A stretch of DNA of 64,000 bases, taken from Bdellovibrionota bacterium. Its GTDB lineage: Bacteria > Bdellovibrionota > FAC87 > UBA2466. Position 1 is the stretch's first letter. Every line of letters begins with the position of its first letter. The stretch spans positions 5,457 through 69,456 of the forward strand of contig JBGTAN010000034.1 of NCBI GenBank assembly GCA_041749855.1, written 5' to 3'. Of this stretch, positions 18,184-27,079 are shown in pieces. The notes beneath the pieces were generated by a model, which was given only the letters and a program-made list of their open reading frames with translations, did no database searches and had not been told where the DNA came from. The position numbers were made by a program, and so were the translations under genes.

Positions 18184-19461
18184 CTACTGAACGCGGCCCA
18201 CAGCCGCTTGAAGCGCTGCCCAGGCCGAGAGGGTTTGAAATCGAACGGAATCTAGCTGCCTTAGCGTTTCGCGAAAGGTATCCATCGCGCTAATGACTTC
18301 CAAGTTGGTGACCAAGCCCAGACCGTAATCTCGGTTCTGGGTTTTATAATTTTTCTCGGCAAGCCCTGCAGCTTCACCCATCGTAAGAATCTGAGCAATG
18401 CCCGAACGAACCCTTTCGTACGCTACACGGATCTCGGTTTCGGCAGCGCGCCTCGTTTGCGCTAGCAGCAGTTCCTGTTCCTTCTTTAAATCCAAAGCAG
18501 CGCTTACTTGGCTGGAAACACTGCCGCCACGGAAAAGGGGAACGGTCAGTCGCAAACCCACATCCCACTTCACATCATCGAGAACGCCGGCGCGGCGCAA
18601 ATAGTAGTTTGCCGTCGCATCAAGAGACGGGAAATGGCCCGCTCGAGCCACCACGACTCTTTCTTCGGCCGAGGTGACCCGTTCTTGCTGCGCGCGCAAA
18701 TCGGGTCGTTCAGGAACTCTATCCAGAAAAGCCGTGAGCATTTCCATCTTGCCTGGCAACGCATTGGCCATATCGGCCGGGGCAAGTGGAGTATGAGGCG
18801 CAAGTCCCGTCACTAAACTAAATTGATCACGCGTTTGGTTGATGTCGCTCTGGGCGGCTTCTAGTTGAGAGTTGAGAATCGTCGCCTGGGCGCGCGCCGC
18901 AAGCACGTCCCCTTCTCGACTTCGCCCGATACGGCTGCGATCTTTCAACTCCTTGACTCGTCTCGAACTTAAGTCCACCAGGGTCTGTAGATTGCGGCGA
19001 TCTTGCTCAGCTGCGAGCACTTTGAAATAGGCGTCCGCTACCCCCGCATACAATCTCAGGCGCTCGGCTGAAAGCACCGCTTCAGCTGCGCGCCTATCGG
19101 CTTTGACTGCCGCTAACCCGCCGTATTCTGCCATGCCCCTAAAAATGGGTTGAGTGAGTCCAAACCAGGCGTTGGTTTGTTCCGGCAAAGTGAAACGCCC
19201 ACCCGCCACCGCGCTTCCCGAAGCACTATTGTCTTGGCGCTGGTAAGTACCGATGAGCGATACAGAAGGAAGTAGCGATCCCCATGCCTGGTCAACGAGT
19301 TCGGACGCTTGATCCACCCGCTTCTGACCAATTCCAATCGATTCATTTTTCTGTAACGCCGCCTGGTAGGCTTCGGCGAGGGAGAGCGGCGCCGCTTCCA
19401 CAGTCAGGCAATAGACAAGCCCCGCAACAAAAACCAATGAGAATGAGCGCCCTAAGTTCAT
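18184..19461 (-). CDS. TolC-family outer membrane efflux channel
   Basis: 425 aa with a signal peptide and TolC/OprM-like repeats. It lies 11 nt upstream of the RND gene. Confidence 0.8.
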   Translation of the reverse strand: MNLGRSFSLVFVAGLVYCLTVEAAPLSLAEAYQAALQKNESIGIGQKRVDQASELVDQAWGSLLPSVSLIGTYQRQDNSASGSAVAGGRFTLPEQTNAWFGLTQPIFRGMAEYGGLAAVKADRRAAEAVLSAERLRLYAGVADAYFKVLAAEQDRRNLQTLVDLSSRRVKELKDRSRIGRSREGDVLAARAQATILNSQLEAAQSDINQTRDQFSLVTGLAPHTPLAPADMANALPGKMEMLTAFLDRVPERPDLRAQQERVTSAEERVVVARAGHFPSLDATANYYLRRAGVLDDVKWDVGLRLTVPLFRGGSVSSQVSAALDLKKEQELLLAQTRRAAETEIRVAYERVRSGIAQILTMGEAAGLAEKNYKTQNRDYGLGLVTNLEVISAMDTFRETLRQLDSVRFQTLSAWAALQAAVGRVQ

Positions 19462-19471
19462 GAAAGTGCCA

Positions 19472-20743
19472 TCACTTTATCACCGATCCTGCGTCTGTCG
19501 CAGGTCCATGCGACCGCCACTCCTTATTCACTATCAGCCGCGCTCCCCGAGAGAAGGCGAGATAGGCCCACGCCCAATCCAAGAGTACGAACAGGCGATT
19601 CTTAAATCCAATCAAATAATAGATATGAACAAACAACCACGCGATCCACGCTGCAAAACCGCCGAACTGGAAGTGCTTTGTTTGAGCGACTGCTTTCTTC
19701 CTACCAATCGTGGCCATCTGGCCCTTATCGAAATAGACGAACGGCTTGCGAGGTTTGCCACCGATATCTGCAAGAATATTTTGCGCAGCGCGATAACCCT
19801 GTTGAATCGCAACCGGTGCAAGGCCCGGCAGCGGATCCCCCTCAATCTGCGCCATGTCTCCGACAACGAAAATGTGGGGATGCCCCTTCAAACTTAAATC
19901 CGGCTGAACAACAACCCGGCCCACTTTGTCCAATCCGGTTCCCAGTGTCTTACCCAGCGAAGAGGGCTGCACACCCGCTGCCCAAAGCACGGTGGACGCG
20001 CGCACGGATTCTGACCCCAGTTGAACGCCTTCCCCGCTCACTCCTGTCACCCTACTCGACGTCCAGATTTGCACCCCCAAATTCTCCAAATCACGCGCCG
20101 CGCGCGCGGAGAGCTTTTCAGAGAACGAAGCCAAAATGCGGGGGCCGGCTTCAATGAGAATCACCCGCGTTCTTGCAGGATCGATACGCCTAAAATCTTT
20201 GGAGAGGGTAAAACGGCTAATCTCTCCCAAAGTTCCCGCAAGCTCGACACCCGTGGGCCCCGCGCCCACCACCACAAAGGTAAGCAGCTGCTTCTGGCGT
20301 TCCGTGTCGGTCTCGCGTTCAGCAAGTTCGAACGCGAGCAAAATGCGTCTTCGAATTTCAGTGGCTTGCTCTAAAGTCTTTAGCCCCGGGGCAAATTCCT
20401 CCCATTCGGGATGACCGAAGTAGCTGTGTTTGGAGCCACAAGCGAGAATCAAGTAATCAAACGGCAACAGCCCCATGTCTGTCTTGAGCTCACTCGAACT
20501 AACCTCCACCCCCGTTACGTTCGCCAGACGCACTTGCGTATTCGCACCCGATAAGATGGACCGAATCGGCATCGCAATTTCGGCGGGAGAAAGCCCGGCC
20601 GTCGCTACTTGATACAGCAGCGGCTGAAAGAGGTGATGGTTGCGGCGGTCCAGGACATCTACCACCAGTCCCTTTCGATTGCTCAAAGCCCGGGCCGCTG
20701 TAAGCCCGCCAAAGCCCGCACCCACGATGATCACACGCTTCAC
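19472..20743 (-). CDS. ndh: type II NADH:quinone oxidoreductase (NDH-2)
   Basis: N-terminal Rossmann motif VIIVGAGFGGLTAA plus a second dinucleotide-binding motif VVVGAGPTGVE. 423 aa. Confidence 0.85.
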   Translation of the reverse strand: MKRVIIVGAGFGGLTAARALSNRKGLVVDVLDRRNHHLFQPLLYQVATAGLSPAEIAMPIRSILSGANTQVRLANVTGVEVSSSELKTDMGLLPFDYLILACGSKHSYFGHPEWEEFAPGLKTLEQATEIRRRILLAFELAERETDTERQKQLLTFVVVGAGPTGVELAGTLGEISRFTLSKDFRRIDPARTRVILIEAGPRILASFSEKLSARAARDLENLGVQIWTSSRVTGVSGEGVQLGSESVRASTVLWAAGVQPSSLGKTLGTGLDKVGRVVVQPDLSLKGHPHIFVVGDMAQIEGDPLPGLAPVAIQQGYRAAQNILADIGGKPRKPFVYFDKGQMATIGRKKAVAQTKHFQFGGFAAWIAWLFVHIYYLIGFKNRLFVLLDWAWAYLAFSRGARLIVNKEWRSHGPATDAGSVIK

Positions 20744-20901
20744 AATTCACCCTTGCCGTAGACTGACATGAATACGCTCCTAGCCTAACGAATTACACTC
20801 CTCAACTTGAAACAGATTGTAACCCCTGCGGCGCAAAACGTCGCCTCGTGCGGGACGGATTCCGTTCCCGCATGGCGCTTTCGTTGCACTACTGATGAGC
20901 C

Positions 20902-21744
20902 GTGCGGGTCGTTGGCTTTACATTACTCCTCTGGGTCCTTGTCGGTTGCGGCGGCAACAGCGTCGGCATTCGCTTTGATGCGACTGTGCCCGGCGATCAG
21001 CGCGCGCTCATGGAGCAGGATCTGCAACGTCTCGCTTCCATTCGCATGGCTCCTGGAACTGCTGCTGATTATGCCCAAATTGGCGTCGCAGACTTCTCTC
21101 CTAGTTCACTGACAAGCTGGCTGTCTGAACGCACTCGCTTCATCGTGGGCGAGGAATTCGATTGGAAGCAAAACGTCAAAATAGTGAAGCTGTCGACCAA
21201 TCGCGTTCCAACGGTGATCGCGTCCCTTTTCAGTCCCTCGCAATTGGGGGCAACCACGGTGATGTGGAACTTGGGCTCTTATCTATACCTGGACGGCAAA
21301 GACAACGGCACCGCCTACACCTTGGATCTTTCCAACGAAGTCGTGCAGGTGCTCTCGCCCCGTGTAGGCGTGATTCAAATTGGTGAAGGACTCTTCACCG
21401 CAAACGCCATTGATGGTGTCCCAAAAGACGCTTATGCCAATTCACTTCAGCGCCTGGGTACGTATTTTCACGAGTCGCGGCACTCGGATTTCAATGGCTC
21501 AGATACGGGAGGCCCGCACGCGAAGTGCCCCTCAGGTGATTACAAAGACTTGTACGCGTGCGACCAATACTCCAACGGTCCCTACGCCATTCAGGTTACA
21601 TTGCTTCGTTATTTTTATTCGGCCTGCACCGGCTGCTCCCAGACTGAGTTAGAGGGCTTAATGCTCACGCTTGCCGATTACCGAACACGCCTTTTGCCTT
21701 CGCCCAAAGCAGCAGATCCGCGGCCTGAGAGAATGGATTTATGA
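20902..21744 (+). CDS. lipoprotein with HExxH motif (putative zinc metallopeptidase)
   Basis: Lipobox LVGCGG. HESRH lies within TYFHESRHSDFNG. Confidence 0.4.
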   Translation: MRVVGFTLLLWVLVGCGGNSVGIRFDATVPGDQRALMEQDLQRLASIRMAPGTAADYAQIGVADFSPSSLTSWLSERTRFIVGEEFDWKQNVKIVKLSTNRVPTVIASLFSPSQLGATTVMWNLGSYLYLDGKDNGTAYTLDLSNEVVQVLSPRVGVIQIGEGLFTANAIDGVPKDAYANSLQRLGTYFHESRHSDFNGSDTGGPHAKCPSGDYKDLYACDQYSNGPYAIQVTLLRYFYSACTGCSQTELEGLMLTLADYRTRLLPSPKAADPRPERMDL

Positions 21745-22328
21745 ATTTCGAACGACGCCTCTATTTCTCTATCGGCCTAGTAATGGTGCTGCTCGTGCTT
21801 TTCTCGTGCACCATTCGCCAATATTCCCTGGACGAGCAAAATGGCGAGCCGGGTGAAGCACTTGCTCAGAACGAAGAACGGCTCCCTCTGCCTCCGATCC
21901 AGCGCGCAGGTCGCCGAACCTCGCCTACCTTGGATTCCCAAATAGACGCTCCGGGGCCACAGGGCCCGTTCTCCGAATTTCAGAAGGTCACCGCCGAGAC
22001 CCTTGCCAGTTTGCCGAAAGTCGAAGACTTGCGAGGCAGGACCGACGCGGAAGTGCACCATTCTCCACCTGAACTGATGGCGGTTAGCCCTTCGTTAGGT
22101 CGCATTGCTCAAACGCTGCGAGAAGCTCCCGAGCTGATTCCCCAGGGAATTGAGTTCTATGATGCGTGCGCGCGCCGCGACGACATATTGACAGCCGTTC
22201 GCGTGCTTTGCCTACGCAACTTGAACTATTGGACTCGCCAAATGCCCGACGTGATGCAGCTCGAGGCAAATGACTATCCCGAAGACCTCTGGAAAATCGT
22301 CGAATCCCTCCCCCCCGTCACTCAGTAG
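21741..22328 (+). CDS. hypothetical membrane-anchored protein
   Basis: 4-bp overlap with the previous gene. N-terminal TM helix. Confidence 0.4.
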   Translation: MNFERRLYFSIGLVMVLLVLFSCTIRQYSLDEQNGEPGEALAQNEERLPLPPIQRAGRRTSPTLDSQIDAPGPQGPFSEFQKVTAETLASLPKVEDLRGRTDAEVHHSPPELMAVSPSLGRIAQTLREAPELIPQGIEFYDACARRDDILTAVRVLCLRNLNYWTRQMPDVMQLEANDYPEDLWKIVESLPPVTQ

Positions 22329-22437
22329 GGGTCAGTCGGATCGCAGAAATGGACGCGGGTGACAGGCGCGTAGCGTCCCGCTGTCCATACTTTCAAGCTT
22401 AAAAGGTGCTTGGGCATCTCGGTGTTATACTTAAACC

Positions 22438-23739
22438 GTGACTAACGCCCACCCGACCAAGCAGATTTCTTTCTTTGATGGCGTTTGCCTCATCATCGGC
22501 ATCATGGTGGGTGCCGGAATTTTCGAAAGCTCACCCGCAGTCGCTCAACACAGTCCGGGAGCCTCTTGGCTCATCGCGCTTTGGACCTTCGGCGGCGTTC
22601 TCTCTGTCCTCGGTGCGCTTACCTACGCAGGCCTCGCTACGGCTTTTCCTGAAACCGGCGGGGACTATGCGTTTCTCAAGCGCGCTTTCGGCCATCGCTT
22701 CAGCTTTTACTACGCGTGGAGCATGCTTACCGTCGTGCGCCCGGGGAGCATTGGCGCCATGGCCTATGTCTTTGCCCGGTATGCGAACCAGCTTTTCCCC
22801 CTAGGCCCCCACGGTTTGTTCCTCTACGCCTGTGGCTGTGTGGTCGCTGTCTCTGTTCTTAATATTTTGGGCACGAGAGAGAGCCGGGGCGTTCAAGATG
22901 TGCTGACTACTGCCAAGGTTTTGGGAATCACCTTTCTACTGCTAATTTGCCTCGGGATTTCTCACGGCGAGGTGTCGCTCGCCGCGACCGAACCCGGTAC
23001 CCCGTCTCTTGCGCTCGCGCTCATTTTTGTTTTGTTCGCTTATGGAGGCTGGAACGAAATCGCGTTCGTTGCCTCGGAAGTGAAGGACCCGGAGCGGAAC
23101 CTTTCGCGGGTGCTCATCACAGGTACCGTGCTGGTTACGATCCTTTACGTCGCGCTCAATCTGGGGTTTCTCAAAGCCGTAGGGTTCGAGGGTTTGCGGC
23201 AATCCGATGCAGTGGCCCACACCATCGCCCACCAAAGCCTGTCCCATTATGGAGCCATTTTCGTCAGCAGTCTCATTGCCGTTTCCGCTTTTGGCGCCGT
23301 ACACGGAATGGTTTTTTCGGGGGCGCGCATTTACTACGCCATGGGACAGGACCACCGGCTTTTTCACAAGCTCGGGCAGTGGAGCAAACGGGGAACGCCG
23401 TTCTGGTCTATCCTCACTGAGTCCGTCATCACACTTGCCTTGATGACTTTCTTTTCCCGATCGAGCAGTGGCTTTGAAAGCCTCGTGCTCTACACGACTC
23501 CGCTTTTTTGGGTGTTCATGACGGCCGTGGGCGTCAGCGTCTTTCGCCTACTCGGCGCCGGAAAACCAGGCGGAAAAGCGCGCATTCTCTGGCATCCGTG
23601 GACGACGCTCCTTTTCATCTCGACTTGCCTGTTTATGCTGGTCATGTCACTTCAGTATGCGTACGCGAACGTGTCATCAGAAATTCTCTGGTCTCTTGCT
23701 ATACTGGCTGTAGCGGTACCCTTGGGGATGCGCAAATAA
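22438..23739 (+). CDS. APC-superfamily amino-acid permease
   Basis: 433 aa with 12 TM helices. Characteristic motifs include GAGIF. Confidence 0.8.
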   Translation: MTNAHPTKQISFFDGVCLIIGIMVGAGIFESSPAVAQHSPGASWLIALWTFGGVLSVLGALTYAGLATAFPETGGDYAFLKRAFGHRFSFYYAWSMLTVVRPGSIGAMAYVFARYANQLFPLGPHGLFLYACGCVVAVSVLNILGTRESRGVQDVLTTAKVLGITFLLLICLGISHGEVSLAATEPGTPSLALALIFVLFAYGGWNEIAFVASEVKDPERNLSRVLITGTVLVTILYVALNLGFLKAVGFEGLRQSDAVAHTIAHQSLSHYGAIFVSSLIAVSAFGAVHGMVFSGARIYYAMGQDHRLFHKLGQWSKRGTPFWSILTESVITLALMTFFSRSSSGFESLVLYTTPLFWVFMTAVGVSVFRLLGAGKPGGKARILWHPWTTLLFISTCLFMLVMSLQYAYANVSSEILWSLAILAVAVPLGMRK

Positions 23740-23749
23740 AGGAACGCCC

Positions 23750-24085
23750 ATGAAACACAAAGTACTACTTTTCCTCGTTGTCGCTTTTCTCGGAGCCTGC
23801 GCTTCAACGCCTGAAAGTAAAAAGGCGGAAGAGCAAGCAGGCGTCACGAGTGGCGGTGCTGCGACGTATAAACCCAACACGGTAGAGAACAACGCAGCCC
23901 CGGACCAGCCGTGTGTAGACAGCAATCAGTTTGGCGCTCACGCGAAGGGCGGCGGCTGCAATATGTATGGCTGCTGGCCAGCAGGCGGTTACTGCAATGG
24001 CTTTGGCTGTTCGCTTCAAGGAACCTGTACTAATAAGGGGTGCCCTCGCCCCATTGATAGTTATCGCTGCAGGGCAATGGATTAA
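23750..24085 (+). CDS. small cysteine-rich lipoprotein (GC/CxxxGC repeats)
   Basis: Lipobox FLGACAS. The C-terminal half is GGGCNMYGCWPAGGYCNGFGCSLQGTCTNKGCPRPIDSYRC. Confidence 0.5.
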   Translation: MKHKVLLFLVVAFLGACASTPESKKAEEQAGVTSGGAATYKPNTVENNAAPDQPCVDSNQFGAHAKGGGCNMYGCWPAGGYCNGFGCSLQGTCTNKGCPRPIDSYRCRAMD

Positions 24086-24096
24086 CCGGAGACCCT

Positions 24097-24495
24097 ATGC
24101 GCATTCGACTCACACTTTTCGCCATGGCTTTAACACTGCTGACTTCTTGCGGCGTCGTTTGCGTCGGCCCCTACGGCGATTGCTGGCGCAATGTAAATGA
24201 AGGGGGAGGCGGCGGAACTACCGGCGCTCTGCGCGTGGTCATTCCAGACACGTGGACCAAAGGCTATTTGAGTCCCGGTGAACGGGTGACACTAACCGGC
24301 GCAGGCGGCACGGGAGGCTACCTTTGGCGCATTGTGAGCGGCGGGGGAACCATTACCGGTACACCAACAGCGATTGCAGGCACTTTCTCGGGTAATTCAA
24401 TCGAATACGAGGCCCCTGCCACTGCTGGGGAAATCCTATTCGAAATTGAGGATAGCTCGGGGAAAGAGATTCCGTACTTCATCAGGGTCTATTAG
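24097..24495 (+). CDS. small lipoprotein, Gly/Thr-rich
   Basis: Lipobox LLTSCG. It lies 11 nt after the previous gene. Confidence 0.45.
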   Translation: MRIRLTLFAMALTLLTSCGVVCVGPYGDCWRNVNEGGGGGTTGALRVVIPDTWTKGYLSPGERVTLTGAGGTGGYLWRIVSGGGTITGTPTAIAGTFSGNSIEYEAPATAGEILFEIEDSSGKEIPYFIRVY

Positions 24496-24695
24496 GCGAG
24501 TTTCGAAAACTCTTTGAACTCGTACTTGCGCACCTGCATCGCAGCCTTTGTATAGACTTCGGCTACCTGCAATTTGGACCGCAGCTTGTTCAGCGCGATA
24601 GCAGCGGCCTGCTTCTCACCCAGAGATCCCGGACGATGGTACAGGGCTTCAATTCGCTCTAGCTTGCGCTTTAAATCATCCCGCTTCACTGCCAC
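24492..24695 (-). CDS. possible small basic protein (67 aa)
   Basis: ATG-initiated ORF that is convergent and overlaps the previous gene by 4 nt. No known motif. Confidence 0.25.
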   Translation of the reverse strand: MAVKRDDLKRKLERIEALYHRPGSLGEKQAAAIALNKLRSKLQVAEVYTKAAMQVRKYEFKEFSKLA

Positions 24696-24894
24696 ACCCC
24701 TACAACTGGTTCAACATTTCGATGCAATGCAGGTTCAGTATTGCAAGGCGGGCCACCGGTATTCGCGGCGAATGCGAAGGCAGGCGTGACGGATATTGTC
24801 ACTCGACTGAAGGCTTTTTTCTCATCTGTCGTGTATTCCCGGAGTCTGCCAGAGGTCTCGTATTCGACCCGTCTTCGTGCTACCTTTTTTACCC

Positions 24895-25464
24895 ATGAAG
24901 TACGCGGCTTTCTCGAAACGGTTTCTAGCGTTCCTAATCGACTGCATTGTCTTGGGCTTTGTGATGTTGCTTGCGCAGTTCACTATCCCCTATTTTGCGC
25001 CCCTTGCAGTTTGGCTGGCCTACAAGACGCTTTTTGAGGCCTCCCAGATTCAGGCCACTCCCGGCAAAAGAGCCATGGAGTTGATCGTGGTGGATGCTTT
25101 GGGGGAGCGCATCACGCTGAAGCATTCCGTCATTCGAACGGTCATTGCTTGGGCGTCGCTTTTCACAGGCTTCCTGCTCTACTTGGTTTGCCTTTTCACG
25201 GCACGTAAACAAACCGTGCACGACTTGGTGGCAAGCACGTTCGTCATCGAAGGACAGCGCGAAGGCGACCCTCTCAAAGCTTGGGTAGATGAGTGCAAAA
25301 AAGTGGTCGATGTAGTTCGCAGTGCGATTGGAAAACCGCGCTCACCTGAACGCGACCGAATCGAATTGCTCGAAAAGCTCGCTCGACTGCGCGATTCTGG
25401 GGCAATCACCGAATCAGAATTTAATGACCGCAAGGCAGCCGTGATTCAGGAAACGAAAGCTTGA
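24895..25464 (+). CDS. RDD-family membrane protein fused to C-terminal SHOCT domain
   Basis: RDD-like N-terminus (FLAFLIDCIVLGFVMLL). C-terminal LEKLARLRDSGAITESEFNDRKAAV is a SHOCT motif. An alternative start exists at 24877. Confidence 0.55.
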   Translation: MKYAAFSKRFLAFLIDCIVLGFVMLLAQFTIPYFAPLAVWLAYKTLFEASQIQATPGKRAMELIVVDALGERITLKHSVIRTVIAWASLFTGFLLYLVCLFTARKQTVHDLVASTFVIEGQREGDPLKAWVDECKKVVDVVRSAIGKPRSPERDRIELLEKLARLRDSGAITESEFNDRKAAVIQETKA

Positions 25465-25467
25465 AAT

Positions 25468-25737
25468 TTACGCTCGGCGGATGTGTTCCAGGATCGCAAG
25501 AAAGCGTTCCAGCAGATTTCTTTGGTCGGTAGTCCCTGCAAAGCGTAGCAAATCTCCATTGCCGACTCTGTCGACTGCCCGAAAACCAGCCTTCTTGAAG
25601 ACGGAAGAACCGCCTTTCAAATGAATCTGCCAGCCGGAATTCGAAGGCTCACTATAGGCGTGGTGAGGCAGGTCAGCCCAGTGACTTTCCAATAGACCAA
25701 GGCTCTGCTCGTTCAGGAATTTGCCGATGGTTTGCAT
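25468..25737 (-). CDS. hypothetical protein (89 aa)
   Basis: ATG-initiated ORF with plausible codon usage. No domain recognised. Confidence 0.3.
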   Translation of the reverse strand: MQTIGKFLNEQSLGLLESHWADLPHHAYSEPSNSGWQIHLKGGSSVFKKAGFRAVDRVGNGDLLRFAGTTDQRNLLERFLAILEHIRRA

Positions 25738-25780
25738 CCGCCTAATTTACCGCAAAACGCAGTGCGAAAGCCATCATTCA

Positions 25781-27070
25781 TCAACCCACGAACGTGCGCT
25801 CTTTGTAACGGCTTGCAATCACAACAAAAACCACTCCCACCACGCTCACTAATCCGGCGTAGAAGAGGAACTCAGCCGTAGCGGTTGAGAACGGATTTAC
25901 TTGCGAAATAACCGCGGTAAGGAGGTTTCCTGCCGATACCGCAAGCAAATAGAAGCTCATAATCGTGCTCTTCAAACTCTTGGGAGCTTGGGTATAGGCA
26001 AATTCCAACCCCGAAATGGAAACCATGATTTCTCCGATGGACAGAAGCAACAAGGCGAAGACCTGCCAGCCCACATTCACCACAGCGCCTTGATCAATGA
26101 GCAACTGGCAAGCTGCTACCACGACGAAAGAGATCCCCGTCACGAACATGCCGGTGCCCATTTTACGCAGCGCCGTCACTTTCACTCCCAGGCGCCCGAC
26201 CATTGGGTAGACCCAGAGACTAAAAATCGGAATCGCAATCAACACGAAGATCGCATTGAAGGACTGAACTTGCGAAGGCTCAAGCCGCCATCCGAAGAAG
26301 TTCAAATCCATTTTACCGGCTTGAATCACCCACGAACTTCCCTGCTGATCCCACAGCGCCCAAAACGCGGGGATAGGCAGGAAGATCGTGAAAACGCCCC
26401 ACATCGCCTTGCGCTCTTCTGCTTTTTGCTTCGGGGTACGCTGCATGGCTTTGGAGTGCGCGGCAATGGGCGGCACATTCACGTAATGCTTACGTCCCAT
26501 GTAGAACACGATGGTCGCGACACCCATTAAAATTCCTGGAATAGCAAACGCAAGACTGGGACCCGAACGAGCAAGCACCCACGGAATCAGCAGAATGGAA
26601 AAGAACGCACCGAAGTTAATCGAGTAATAAAACAGGTCGTATACTTTCGGGATCAAGTGCTTGTTCGATTCGTTGAACTGATCTCCCACGAAAGTAGTGA
26701 CACACGGCTTGATTCCGCCCGAGCCGAACGCAATCAACCCCAGACCGAGGTACAATCCCCAATGCGTGCCCTCAAAGGCGGCAAGTGCCGCGTGCCCCGC
26801 ACAGTAAACAATCGAGAGATAGAGAATCGTCTTATATTTGCCCCAATAGCGGTCCGCCAAAAAGGCTCCTACCAAAGGCAGAAAGTAGTTCGCACTAATA
26901 AAGTAGTGGTAAGTCGACTTCGCCATGGACTCTTCCATGGAAAGGAACTTCATCATGTAGACGACAAGGATCGCGCGCATCCCGTAATAACTAAAACGCT
27001 CACACGCTTCGTTACCGATGATGTTCGCAATCTGACGTGGAAAGCCCAGGATCGTTTTGGTTTTTTTCAC
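25781..27070 (-). CDS. POT/PTR2-family di/tripeptide:proton symporter
   Basis: PTR2 signature ERFSYYGMRAILVVYM. 429 aa with 12 TM helices. Confidence 0.85.
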   Translation of the reverse strand: MKKTKTILGFPRQIANIIGNEACERFSYYGMRAILVVYMMKFLSMEESMAKSTYHYFISANYFLPLVGAFLADRYWGKYKTILYLSIVYCAGHAALAAFEGTHWGLYLGLGLIAFGSGGIKPCVTTFVGDQFNESNKHLIPKVYDLFYYSINFGAFFSILLIPWVLARSGPSLAFAIPGILMGVATIVFYMGRKHYVNVPPIAAHSKAMQRTPKQKAEERKAMWGVFTIFLPIPAFWALWDQQGSSWVIQAGKMDLNFFGWRLEPSQVQSFNAIFVLIAIPIFSLWVYPMVGRLGVKVTALRKMGTGMFVTGISFVVVAACQLLIDQGAVVNVGWQVFALLLLSIGEIMVSISGLEFAYTQAPKSLKSTIMSFYLLAVSAGNLLTAVISQVNPFSTATAEFLFYAGLVSVVGVVFVVIASRYKERTFVG

Positions 27071-27079
27071 ATTTACCTT

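Noticed and set aside
22329-22437. Imperfect hairpin ggacgcggg...cccgctgtcc after the 21741-22328 gene as a terminator or riboswitch
   Set aside because: The stem is interrupted and no U-tract follows. This is insufficient to call.
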